Positions 9,605-17,337 of a stretch of 40,000 bases of DNA are shown in pieces. The stretch covers positions 3,166 to 43,165 of the forward strand of contig NZ_NVPR01000004.1 in NCBI RefSeq assembly GCF_002551815.1. The letters run 5' to 3'. The position numbers and the translations under genes were made by a program. The stretch comes from Bacillus sp. AFS098217 (GTDB lineage: Bacteria > Bacillota > Bacilli > Bacillales > Bacillaceae_G). Numbering within the stretch: position 1 is the first letter of the stretch; the number at the start of each line of letters is the position of its first letter. The notes beneath the pieces were generated by a model, which ran no database searches, was not told the origin of the DNA, and saw nothing but the letters and a program-made list of their open reading frames with translations.

Positions 9605-10039
9605 ATGATTGATTTAAATACATTTGCTGATGGAGCGCTTGCTGAAAGATTCCATCAAGAATTCGAACGTGTAATGGAAAATATGCATGATTTAAATACT
9701 GATCCTAAAAAGGCGAGAAAAATTGTTTTAACACTTTCATTTGCAGGTGATCAAAAGCGTGAAGTATGGAATTGTCAGGTGCAAGCAACTTCAAAATTAG
9801 CACCAACAGAAGCGGTAGAGTCTAAGATTCTATTAGATATGGACCAGAACGGTAATTTAGTAGGACATGAGTTAGCATCAGGAGTTAAAGGGCAGTTCTA
9901 TATGGATTTAGAGGGTGAGGTTAAAACAGATACTGGTAAAGCAGTAGAAGAAGTTGAAACAATAGAGCCAGTAGAACCAGTACAAGAGGAACCGGAGAAA
10001 CAAATGGTTGTTGTGGATTTACAAAGAAAAACAAACTAA
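9605..10039 (+). CDS. Hypothetical early protein. I recall this family being annotated in databases as replication terminator protein in Firmicute prophages.
   Basis: 144 aa with RBS aggagg. The N-terminal pattern MIDLNTFADGALAERF ... DPKKARKIVLTLSF ... TSKLAPTEA matches my memory of that family. Not verified. Confidence 0.55.
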   Translation: MIDLNTFADGALAERFHQEFERVMENMHDLNTDPKKARKIVLTLSFAGDQKREVWNCQVQATSKLAPTEAVESKILLDMDQNGNLVGHELASGVKGQFYMDLEGEVKTDTGKAVEEVETIEPVEPVQEEPEKQMVVVDLQRKTN

Positions 10040-10058
10040 AGAAAAGAGGATATGAAAA

Positions 10059-10772
10059 ATGACAATGACAAAAGATGCAATTGAAAAAGTATTAGAAATT
10101 GGGACAGTAGAAACGCATGAAATTGGTTCGCAAACATTCTCAACGCAGCCTTTATACCTTGTAAAAGAACCAACACCTGCAGAAATTGTAGTGCGTAGCC
10201 TATCGGGTTTAGTAGATTATGTGAAATCAGAGTTTGATACGGTCCAACCTTTAATGATTCATATTGAAAATCCTAAAACTGTAAGTTGTTTTACAGAAGT
10301 TAATGGAGATCAAAACAGAAGTACATTTGTTAGAGCGGAGGCATCTATTCCACGTTTTAGTTTTGGCAATTTCTATGACAGAGAAGAATTTAATATTGCT
10401 TTACAATCAGGATTTGTTCCAAATAAAGATCGCGACATTATTTTAAAAGTTGTAGGTACTGTAGTCGAAGAAGCGGTAAAAGAAATCAGTGACGATGGTG
10501 TATCGCAAGGTGTAACAGCAAAAAACGGGGTTGCAAACAGAGCGCTTGTAAAAGTACCCAATCCAGTGGAATTAATGCCATATAGAACATTTGTTGAAGT
10601 AAAACAACCAGAAAGTAAATTCGTTTTCAGAATGCGAGATGGGGCACGTAGCGGCTTATTTGAAGCTGATGGCGGCGCTTGGAAGTTGGAAGCAATGAAC
10701 AACATTAAAGATTACTTAACAAAAGCATTAGCAAAAGAAATCGAATCTAAAAAGGTGTTTATTTTAGCCTAA
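10059..10772 (+). CDS. Hypothetical early protein (237 aa)
   Basis: Long ORF with RBS aagagga and no confidently recognised domain. Confidence 0.6.
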   Translation: MTMTKDAIEKVLEIGTVETHEIGSQTFSTQPLYLVKEPTPAEIVVRSLSGLVDYVKSEFDTVQPLMIHIENPKTVSCFTEVNGDQNRSTFVRAEASIPRFSFGNFYDREEFNIALQSGFVPNKDRDIILKVVGTVVEEAVKEISDDGVSQGVTAKNGVANRALVKVPNPVELMPYRTFVEVKQPESKFVFRMRDGARSGLFEADGGAWKLEAMNNIKDYLTKALAKEIESKKVFILA

Positions 10773-10987
10773 TGGATATCACGACAGTAGAAAGTACAAC
10801 GAATGTTTGTATCTTCGGTTTAGGGTTTGCTGTACTTATGTACGGATTGTATAAAGGCGGAACTTTCATTGAACAAAAGTTTGATGAGAGTGATCGTCTA
10901 GAAAGAGAGGGAGAAAAGAATGGGGATAGAACAAAGGGTTCTGCCGAAACATTTAAAAGCAGCAATGAAATTAGAAAGCGAGCGTAG
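10772..10987 (+). CDS. Small membrane protein (71 aa, one TM segment)
   Basis: TAATG start-stop overlap with the upstream gene, and a TM helix VCIFGLGFAVLMYGLY. It overlaps the next gene by 68 nt. Confidence 0.45.
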   Translation: MDITTVESTTNVCIFGLGFAVLMYGLYKGGTFIEQKFDESDRLEREGEKNGDRTKGSAETFKSSNEIRKRA

Positions 10988-11258
10988 AGAATGTGTGCAA
11001 AACCAACAATTGTTATATAAGCAAATGGAGCAAGCAAATAGAAATGGCGATAAAAGTGCTTACTTTGAGCTTCATGATTTGTATCAAAAACAAATAAGAA
11101 GAGATTTAGAAATATCAAAAGAATTGTCAGCTATGTACTTTAAAAAGATAAAAAGCGATTGTTCTAAAGAAAGAAAAAATGTTTTGGATGTAGCCAATCG
11201 TTTAGAAGAAGTGGGTGGCAGAAAAGAAGTTGTAGAGAGGATTAGAAAGAATGCATAA
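10920..11258 (+). CDS. Hypothetical early protein (112 aa, helical and charged)
   Basis: Strong SD gagggag 6 nt before ATG 10920. Confidence 0.6.
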   Translation: MGIEQRVLPKHLKAAMKLESERRECVQNQQLLYKQMEQANRNGDKSAYFELHDLYQKQIRRDLEISKELSAMYFKKIKSDCSKERKNVLDVANRLEEVGGRKEVVERIRKNA

Positions 11259-11351
11259 AAAAGAACCCGCTGCAACGGGTCCTAAAACAAAAATATTTCT
11301 CGATAAGTATAACATTGGTTCGTGGATTTGAGAACTTGAGAGGTAGGTATT

Positions 11352-12254
11352 ATGGGGATTTTTCGAGTTAAAAAGGATAATAATTATTCTGTCATAAATA
11401 ATACCGGTTTAAAAGATGAAAGACTTTCATGGAAGGCAAAAGGTATTTTGGCATATATTCTTACTCTTCCAGATGATTGGGTATTTTATAGAGAAGAACT
11501 ATCAAGTCATGCTAAAGATGGTATTGATAGTTTGAAAGCTGGGATGAAAGAACTAAAAGAGTATGGATACCTAAAACGGTTCCCAATAAGGGATGAACAA
11601 AACAGAATTGTAAGATGGGAAACTGTAATACATGAAATTCCACAGAATGAGCCATTGGCGGAAAAACCACCAATGGAGAATCCACAGATGGAAAAACCAC
11701 CAGTGGAAATTCCTCCGGTGGAAAATCCACTGCTACTAAATACTAATATACAAAGTACTGAAGAACTAAATACTGATATACAAAATACTAATCATCATCA
11801 TGATAATAATAATTCATCACAAAAATTGATTGATGAAGAATTTAAAATAAGTTACAACTTCTTGCTGAAAAATGGCATTGCATTAAGTGAAATTGCAATT
11901 ACGGAATTAGGTGGGTTTTGTGACACATTAGGCAGTGAACTGATCATACATGCAGCTAACAAGGCTATTGATGAAAATGTGCCAAAGTGGAGATATGTTC
12001 GTGGCATTTTGGATAACTGGAAAAAGAGAAAAGTAAAAACACTGAATGATATTGCTGTATTGGATGCACAGTTTGAACTTAGTAAGAATAAAAAGCGATC
12101 TGGTACAAATTACGGAACTAGAAAAGAAGTGGTACCAGATTGGTTAAGGCAACAGCAATCTGAAACGGAAACTGAACAAAAGCAAAAAAGTGCTAATTTG
12201 ATAGATGAAGAGCGTAAGAGATTACAAGCTGTATTACAAAAATATAAATCATAG
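11352..12254 (+). CDS. Phage replisome organiser / DnaD-domain replication protein
   Basis: 300 aa. The N-terminal wHTH-like region (WKAKGILAYILTLPDDWVFY) and a C-terminal DnaD/DnaB_2-like motif (VPKWRYVRGILDNWKKRKVKT) are joined by a pentapeptide-repeat and low-complexity linker. Confidence 0.8.
   Translation: MGIFRVKKDNNYSVINNTGLKDERLSWKAKGILAYILTLPDDWVFYREELSSHAKDGIDSLKAGMKELKEYGYLKRFPIRDEQNRIVRWETVIHEIPQNEPLAEKPPMENPQMEKPPVEIPPVENPLLLNTNIQSTEELNTDIQNTNHHHDNNNSSQKLIDEEFKISYNFLLKNGIALSEIAITELGGFCDTLGSELIIHAANKAIDENVPKWRYVRGILDNWKKRKVKTLNDIAVLDAQFELSKNKKRSGTNYGTRKEVVPDWLRQQQSETETEQKQKSANLIDEERKRLQAVLQKYKS
11660..11734 (+). repeat. Five tandem 15-bp repeats (GGARAAWYCMC core) inside the replisome-organiser gene; candidate origin iterons
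   Basis: Cores lie at 11660, 11675, 11690, 11705 and 11720: ggaaaaaccac, ggagaatccac, ggaaaaaccac, ggaaattcctc, ggaaaatccac. Spacing is exactly 15 bp, encoding EKPPM/ENPQM/EKPPV/EIPPV/ENPLL. Confidence 0.8.
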
Positions 12255-12265
12255 GAGATGTTTAC

Positions 12266-12736
12266 ATGCTAGATATCTTTGATGTAGGAAATTGGTGTGA
12301 TATTTGCGGTGATAGTATACCACCTTCTGATGAAAGAATCATGTACATTGAAGGATGCGAAAAAACACTTTGTAAGAAGTGTAGCAGACAAGCTGAGAAG
12401 AGATTAAAAGTTTTAAGTGTACATGTAATTCATGATGTGCTAAGAGAATTAACAAAACAATTTGGCATAAAAAAAGTGCGTGAATTCGATTTAATCACCG
12501 CAGAGCGATTTGTGACAAATAACAATGTGTCATTAAACATAGAGAAGCGTGGCGGCAAGTTTAACCAGGAGCGTTTAGGAGAATTTGTGTCACTATCTAC
12601 TGGTGAATTGATTATCATAATTAAATTTTTAAAAAGGAAGATCAACCCAAACCTTTGGATGAATGCTGTAATAGGAAGTGTTTTAGATAGACAAATGACT
12701 ATTACATTAGTAAAAGAAGGGCAAGAGAATGCTTGA
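12266..12736 (+). CDS. Hypothetical protein with an N-terminal CxxC...CxxC zinc-ribbon-like motif
   Basis: 156 aa containing CDICG ... CKKC. No family recognised. Confidence 0.55.
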   Translation: MLDIFDVGNWCDICGDSIPPSDERIMYIEGCEKTLCKKCSRQAEKRLKVLSVHVIHDVLRELTKQFGIKKVREFDLITAERFVTNNNVSLNIEKRGGKFNQERLGEFVSLSTGELIIIIKFLKRKINPNLWMNAVIGSVLDRQMTITLVKEGQENA

Positions 12737-12956
12737 ACAATTAACAATGGAAGATGCTGTTGTTTATGAACAAATCGATACCTATATGGTGGACATTGTT
12801 ACAAGTAATGGTTTTAGATTGGAATTCTGTGAAGCGGAAACAAAAGAAGAAGCAGCACTTACAATTCGTGAACGTTTCCGTAAAGATTATAATTTTCGAA
12901 TTCGTGGTATTGAAGTTTCTAATAGATCGTTAAAAGAAATCGAAGAACTAGATTAA
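12729..12956 (+). CDS. Hypothetical protein (75 aa)
   Basis: Overlaps the upstream stop by 8 nt and is in an operon context. Confidence 0.5.
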   Translation: MLEQLTMEDAVVYEQIDTYMVDIVTSNGFRLEFCEAETKEEAALTIRERFRKDYNFRIRGIEVSNRSLKEIEELD

Positions 12957-12969
12957 GGAGAGAGAGCAA

Positions 12970-13404
12970 ATGAATTTACAAATTGGCAATAAAAAAGTAA
13001 CACCTGGTCAATGGATTGTATGCGAAATGGAAGATGGCCCGCAAATTACACAAGTTGAAAAAGTAATTAAAGATACGATTAACAATAAGGTAGAGTTATG
13101 GGGGCATTGGCAAAGTAAAGGATCTATTAAAGGGGATTGGGGATGCAATCACATTGAAAAGTGTCGTTTTGCTACTGCAGTAGAAATTGATGATGAAGGT
13201 TGGCGTGAAGTCTTCAGACGTAAAGGAAGAATTCCAGGGCAATTTAAAACAGGAGATTGGGTATCTGATGATGTGTATGCACTAACAGTTATGCATCAAA
13301 CCGGAAATATTGTAACAGTAGGAATTATTAATTCTAATCAAACGTATGAAGTAGCTGCAGAAAATTTAGAACCATTATTTTTCAAGGAAGATATGGCGGG
13401 ATAA
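12970..13404 (+). CDS. Hypothetical protein (144 aa)
   Basis: RBS aaggagagagagc precedes ATG 12970. Confidence 0.55.
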   Translation: MNLQIGNKKVTPGQWIVCEMEDGPQITQVEKVIKDTINNKVELWGHWQSKGSIKGDWGCNHIEKCRFATAVEIDDEGWREVFRRKGRIPGQFKTGDWVSDDVYALTVMHQTGNIVTVGIINSNQTYEVAAENLEPLFFKEDMAG

Positions 13405-13512
13405 ATGATAAAGTTTATATTTTTAATATTCGGTACATTATCGATTATGATTGTTTTTCGGACGGTAAATAAATTGTATTACAAGGATAAAAATAACAAA
13501 ACGGAGGATTAA
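13405..13512 (+). CDS. 35-aa single-pass membrane peptide (MIKFIFLIFGTLSIMIVFRTVNKLYYKDKNNKTED), not in the ORF track
   Basis: Its ATG directly abuts the upstream TAA (ataaATG), and its own TAA overlaps the next ATG (TAATG). It has a hydrophobic helix and a basic tail. Hand-translated. Confidence 0.4.
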   Translation: MIKFIFLIFGTLSIMIVFRTVNKLYYKDKNNKTED

Positions 13513-14216
13513 TGGATAAGCAACAAATCATTATAGAAGAACTAATTTGCAAGTTTAAAATCTACAAAATGAAGGATGGTAGACAATTATATGAGTTGTC
13601 TACCCAAGAACTTCAAAGATTATTAGAGGAGAGGAGAAAAGAAATGATGAAATTACATAGAATTACTGATAAAGAGTTGGAAACAAAATTTAATTTACGT
13701 GAATTATTTGCCATGCAAAAGGAATTAGATAAAAGGATTGATTACCGTGATGAGGATCGCATTGAATTGAAATTCTATTCTTTACATGTAGAAGTAAATG
13801 AAGCATGGAATGAAACTATGTCATTCAAATTTTGGAGCAAGAGGTTTAAAGAACCAGATACAGATAAACTTTTAGAGGAATTAATAGACGGATTACATTT
13901 TCTTTTAAGTATTGTATTAGACATTAATACTTCTACAAGAAGTAATCATAATTTTATCGGCTGTTTTAATTATGCGAAGATACACAGCAGACATATATAC
14001 AGCGTTAACCGGTTATTTGAAATGTGGAGTACAACAGTATTAAAAGCAAAAAAGAAATGGGTGGCGTATCGTATATTCCCAGTAGCAGAATTACGAATTA
14101 TGTTCGGTGTTTTCTTCCGAATTTGCTATTTATATGATTTTACATACAAAGACATTGTACGTGCTTATAAAGAAAAGAATAAAGAGAATTTTATTCGTCA
14201 GGCGAGCGGTTATTAA
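13512..14216 (+). CDS. Dimeric (all-alpha, dUTPase_2 / MazG-like) dUTP diphosphatase; alternative internal start at 13644
   Basis: LRELFAMQKELDKRI ... HVEVNEAWNE ... KFWSK ... LLEELIDGLHFLLSI matches the dimeric dUTPase pattern. A strong SD ggagaggag sits 7 nt before the in-frame ATG 13644, so the first 44 codons may be an optional extension. Confidence 0.7.
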   Translation: MDKQQIIIEELICKFKIYKMKDGRQLYELSTQELQRLLEERRKEMMKLHRITDKELETKFNLRELFAMQKELDKRIDYRDEDRIELKFYSLHVEVNEAWNETMSFKFWSKRFKEPDTDKLLEELIDGLHFLLSIVLDINTSTRSNHNFIGCFNYAKIHSRHIYSVNRLFEMWSTTVLKAKKKWVAYRIFPVAELRIMFGVFFRICYLYDFTYKDIVRAYKEKNKENFIRQASGY

Positions 14217-14217
14217 T

Positions 14218-14367
14218 ATGTATCCATTTGTGGTTACTTATGAAATTCCTCCGATGATTGGCAAGTTAGATGTAGATATTAATGCAAAAGACAAGCATGA
14301 AGCATTATATATCGTTAGAAATTTTCTACCGCGCGCTGCAATAGTGTGCGGTGCTAAACCAAAGTAA
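14218..14367 (+). CDS. Hypothetical 49-aa protein (MYPFVVTYEIPPMIGKL...)
   Basis: ATG lies 1 nt after the dUTPase stop. The track ORF from 14107 overlaps the dUTPase gene and is probably over-extended. Confidence 0.45.
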   Translation: MYPFVVTYEIPPMIGKLDVDINAKDKHEALYIVRNFLPRAAIVCGAKPK

Positions 14368-14532
14368 GACCAAATTTGAATTTTATATAAAAAGTAATGC
14401 GGAGATAAATAAGACCGCTCCTTTTATCGGAACGGCTGTACAAATAGCCTGTGCTGGAGTTTGCATCAAACGGCTTAAGATGTTTTCTCTAAGCAGTATG
14501 GACAAGGATTTTTACGATTATACGTAAAAACG

Positions 14533-14567
14533 GCAGGTAATTGACTAAGTTACCCGCCATGTTTTTA
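14533..14567 (+). terminator. Terminator-like hairpin inside a 400-nt non-coding stretch
   Basis: Stem ggcaggtaa (14533-14541) / ttacccgcc (14551-14559) with one mismatch, then atgttttt. It is preceded by a second hairpin tttttacg/cgtaaaaa (14510-14531). Confidence 0.5.
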
Positions 14568-14726
14568 AACTACACGGAGGAGCGAGCTCCGATTTGAAAG
14601 CGTGAAGCCGTGGGAAGTCGACTCAAAAATAGTATGTATATTACTAAAAATAGTTATTCATATAAGTTAGAGCTAACAACTTATTATTAATTATATGAAA
14701 TAGTACATAGAAGGAACTATAGCACA

Positions 14727-14764
14727 AAACGTTATAAACTCCTGTATCAGTAGATAACGTTTTA
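14727..14764. terminator. Hairpin immediately 3' of the reverse-strand accessory gene
   Basis: 10-bp perfect stem aaaacgttat (14727-14736) / ataacgtttt (14755-14764) with an 18-nt loop, 6 nt from the stop at 14771. Confidence 0.5.
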
Positions 14765-14770
14765 TATTGG

Positions 14771-15445
14771 TTAGCTTTTTAATAATTTATCAATATAAGA
14801 TTGAGTGTTGGAAAACCAGCCAGGTGGGATTAAGCCTTCTTGAATTATGTATTCCTGTAAATCATTTTTTTCAGATGCATATACTTTCCAAATCTTTTGT
14901 TTTATTTTTGTTGGTCTACCCCATAGTTGATCTATTGTTTGAACTGAAGGTTCTAAGACAAAATAAAAATCATCATTTCGTGTTTTACCTCCTTCAGATT
15001 CTATAAATTTATCCTTAAATGTTAAAAGAACATAGGGCACATACAATGGCGTTAATCCTTTCTGGTACCAAAAATCTTTTTCATTAGCAACTTTAATTAA
15101 ATCCCTAAATTCAGAAACTGTTAACCCATCTGCTAAAGCGGCACATTTACTATAAATATCAAAAGTATGATTTTTTACAAATTGTATAATATCTTTTCCG
15201 TTTTCATTGTCAATTTGAGAGCCTAAAGAATCAGAGTAATTAACACGTGTTTTCTTCATTGATGGACAAATTGATTTTTTTGGATGTATAAAATATGCGC
15301 TTTTAATAAGGGATTGTTCCGCATCAACACGTATATCAGCCCCACAGATTGGGCAAATAATAGGTTCACCTTTGTACTTTGTTGTGTAAGTTTCTAAGTT
15401 TACTTTTTTACGAGAATCTTTTAATAGTGCATTGTATAAAGTCAC
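14771..15445 (-). CDS. Reverse-oriented accessory (moron) protein with an N-terminal CxxC...HxxxxxC zinc-ribbon; family unknown
   Basis: The ORF runs to TTG 15460, but GGAGG inside it sits 8 nt before the in-frame GTG 15445, which is the more likely start (224 aa). It is the only minus-strand gene between 7.7 and 18.2 kb and has its own hairpin. The motif is ICPICGADIRVD ... YFIHPKKSICP. Confidence 0.7.
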   Translation of the reverse strand: MTLYNALLKDSRKKVNLETYTTKYKGEPIICPICGADIRVDAEQSLIKSAYFIHPKKSICPSMKKTRVNYSDSLGSQIDNENGKDIIQFVKNHTFDIYSKCAALADGLTVSEFRDLIKVANEKDFWYQKGLTPLYVPYVLLTFKDKFIESEGGKTRNDDFYFVLEPSVQTIDQLWGRPTKIKQKIWKVYASEKNDLQEYIIQEGLIPPGWFSNTQSYIDKLLKS

Positions 15446-15613
15446 AGATTTTGCCTCCAATGTAAATTGTTATCTTTATCAATATTTTAAAACGTTTCTA
15501 AGTTTCTGAAAAGACGGAAATATGACAATGGCTGAGCTATCCCAAAAATATCAAGGATAATTTTAAAAAAATAATCCTTTTAACAGAAAGTACTTCGAAC
15601 GGAGGGGAAGGAT

Positions 15614-15781
15614 TTGAGAGATTTATCATACGCAATCGAAACACTAACAATTGAAAAGCATGAGTATGAAGAGAGAATAAGTCAGCTTAGCTGTAATTCT
15701 ATTAGATATAAACGATTTGAGAAAAAAGTTGAGCAATTAAAGCATGCCATTGAAATTCTTCAGCAACATAATTCAAAGTGA
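15614..15781 (+). CDS. 55-aa coiled-coil protein, not in the ORF track
   Basis: TTG start 8 nt after ggagg (15601-15605), TGA at 15779-15781. Hand-translated as MRDLSYAIETLTIEKHEYEERISQLS... Confidence 0.45.
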   Translation: MRDLSYAIETLTIEKHEYEERISQLSCNSIRYKRFEKKVEQLKHAIEILQQHNSK

Positions 15782-15803
15782 AACTTTTTAAAAGAAAGAG
15801 AGA

Positions 15804-16343
15804 GTGAAAGTTATGGCTTATGCAGGTGCTCACGGTGCGGCATTTGAGAATATAATTAACGTTTCTAATGATATGTATAAACAGAAAGGGATTGCACTTA
15901 TTAATAAGCGTGCTACACCAGTAGTTGTTACGAGAAAGAATAAATTAGGGAAAGTGACAGCAGGTTATTTTGCACAGAAGTCTACAGTCGATTATGACGG
16001 GGTATACAAAGGAAGGGCAATCGCATTCGAAGCAAAAGCAACTATAAAGAAAACTAGCTTTGCATTAGATAATATTGCGCCACATCAAATTGATTATTTA
16101 GAGCAAGCGGAAAGGATGGGAGCAATTTGTTTCTTCTTAATAGAATTTAGTACAGAGCATTCAATATTTTTTGTACCATTTTCGTTAATTATGGAGTATG
16201 TTACTGCAGCTAATGCAGGTGGGCGTAAATCTATTCCACGTAGTGTGTTTGATGAAAGAGCTTACTTAGTAAAACCAACAAATCGTGCCCTAGTCGATTA
16301 CCTGCTGCATGTTGATAAATTAGAATGGTCAATTTGTAGTTAA
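15804..16343 (+). CDS. recU: Holliday junction resolvase RecU family
   Basis: Clear similarity to B. subtilis RecU (AFENIIN ... GIALINKRATPV ... STVDYDGVYKGRAIAFEAKAT ... HQIDYL ... GGRKSI). The start is GTG 15804 or ATG 15813. Confidence 0.9.
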   Translation: MKVMAYAGAHGAAFENIINVSNDMYKQKGIALINKRATPVVVTRKNKLGKVTAGYFAQKSTVDYDGVYKGRAIAFEAKATIKKTSFALDNIAPHQIDYLEQAERMGAICFFLIEFSTEHSIFFVPFSLIMEYVTAANAGGRKSIPRSVFDERAYLVKPTNRALVDYLLHVDKLEWSICS

Positions 16344-16681
16344 TGGGGAAAAGCAAAATGAATAAGAAAGCTATTCGTATAAAAATTCTGGACCTGCAGG
16401 ATAAATATTGTTCAAATTGTAGACAGCGTGATAATGCTAAGCACTGTTTGACACGTTGCGAGATAGGAATGCAAATTAACAGGCTAGGAAGCAATATAGG
16501 TGGTAAATACGTAGCAGATGCTCCAAAACGACGAACAAAAGCTGATTGGGATAAATTATGTATAATTGCTCTAGCAATGAGAGAACAACAAGGTTTAACA
16601 TATGCAGAAATTGCAAGAAGACTAGGAATAAACAAAGGATACGATTTAATTAAGCAACTAAAGAAAAGAAACCTAAAATAA
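16343..16681 (+). CDS. Zinc-finger plus C-terminal HTH small regulator (hypothetical)
   Basis: 112 aa with CSNCRQ ... HCLTRC and GLTYAEIARRLGINKGY. It shows TAATG coupling to recU. Confidence 0.6.
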   Translation: MGKSKMNKKAIRIKILDLQDKYCSNCRQRDNAKHCLTRCEIGMQINRLGSNIGGKYVADAPKRRTKADWDKLCIIALAMREQQGLTYAEIARRLGINKGYDLIKQLKKRNLK

Positions 16682-16740
16682 AAAATTTCACATACCATAT
16701 TGTAAGGATAAATATAAAACAATGAAGTTAATAGTCCGTT

Positions 16741-16806
16741 AGAGGGCGTTGATTGTATATAGGAATGCAATTCTCCTATTTATAATTCAGCGTCCTCTTT
16801 TTGTTT
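16741..16806 (+). terminator. Terminator-like composite hairpin just upstream of the late-regulator gene
   Basis: Outer stem agagggcg (16741-16748) / cgtcctct (16791-16798) with one G-U pair and an inner hairpin, followed by tttttgttt and then the RBS aaaggagg. Confidence 0.4.
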
Positions 16807-16823
16807 AAAGGAGGAAATAGACC

Positions 16824-17324
16824 ATGAAAGAATTAATGAAGCAATATAGAAAGACATTAAAGCAATTAGAGAAGGCGAAGAAGAATGCTATAGAAGCAGA
16901 TGAAAAAGTAATTAAAAGAATGATTAGTGATATAAAATATGCGCTTGAATGGATGCGTACAGCGAAACAACCAGAGTTACGTAGGCCCATTGAACGTAGA
17001 GCAGCATACCAAAATGAGAAACCTGTAGATCCACTTTTAATGCAAAAATATTTTCGAAGTACAGAAACTTTGTATGAATGGGATGATAAACCAAAAGAAA
17101 GTGTTATATCTCATTGGGATCGTATTAAATTAGAAGACGCTTTATCGACTTTAACAGAGCGAGAAAAAGAAATATATATGATGTCAAAGGGAAACTGTTA
17201 TTCTATGGAGGAAATTGCTAAAAGGTTAAAAGTCACTAAAAGTACTGTTCAAACTACTATAGAAAGAGCGGATGAAAAAATCAAAATACAAATCAATGAA
17301 AGTCTCTTCTGCATGGTCGGATGA
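16824..17324 (+). CDS. Sigma-70 region-4-type late transcription regulator (Xpf/ArpU-like)
   Basis: 166 aa. The C-terminal LTEREKEIYMMSKGNCYSMEEIAKRLKVTKSTVQTTIERA is a sigma region-4 HTH, and its position before the packaging module is typical. Confidence 0.75.
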   Translation: MKELMKQYRKTLKQLEKAKKNAIEADEKVIKRMISDIKYALEWMRTAKQPELRRPIERRAAYQNEKPVDPLLMQKYFRSTETLYEWDDKPKESVISHWDRIKLEDALSTLTEREKEIYMMSKGNCYSMEEIAKRLKVTKSTVQTTIERADEKIKIQINESLFCMVG

Positions 17325-17337
17325 GACTTTTATTTTA
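17299..17337 (+). terminator. Rho-independent terminator overlapping the late-regulator stop codon
   Basis: 8-bp stem aaagtctc (17299-17306) / gagacttt (17323-17330), then tattttaaa. Confidence 0.55.

Noticed and set aside
10759-11118. Minus-strand 119-aa ORF, and other minus-strand ORFs inside plus-strand phage genes (10373-10705, 11512-11730, 12430-12747, 23719-24000, 31759-32094 and others)
   Set aside because: They have no SDs and lie opposite tightly packed, translationally coupled plus-strand genes.
14107-14217. Long version of the 14107-14367 ORF
   Set aside because: Its 5' part overlaps the dUTPase gene in another frame. The ATG at 14218, just after the dUTPase stop, is the sensible start.
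14570-14660. Possible tRNA-like element or small peptide (GTG 14603, 22 codons) in the non-coding stretch
   Set aside because: There is no T-loop (GTTCRANYC) or cloverleaf arrangement. The nearest SD-like ggagg is about 25 nt from the GTG, which is too far.
16231-16770. Minus-strand 179-aa ORF
   Set aside because: It is antisense to recU and the zinc-finger/HTH gene, has no SD, and has a hydrophobic low-complexity product.
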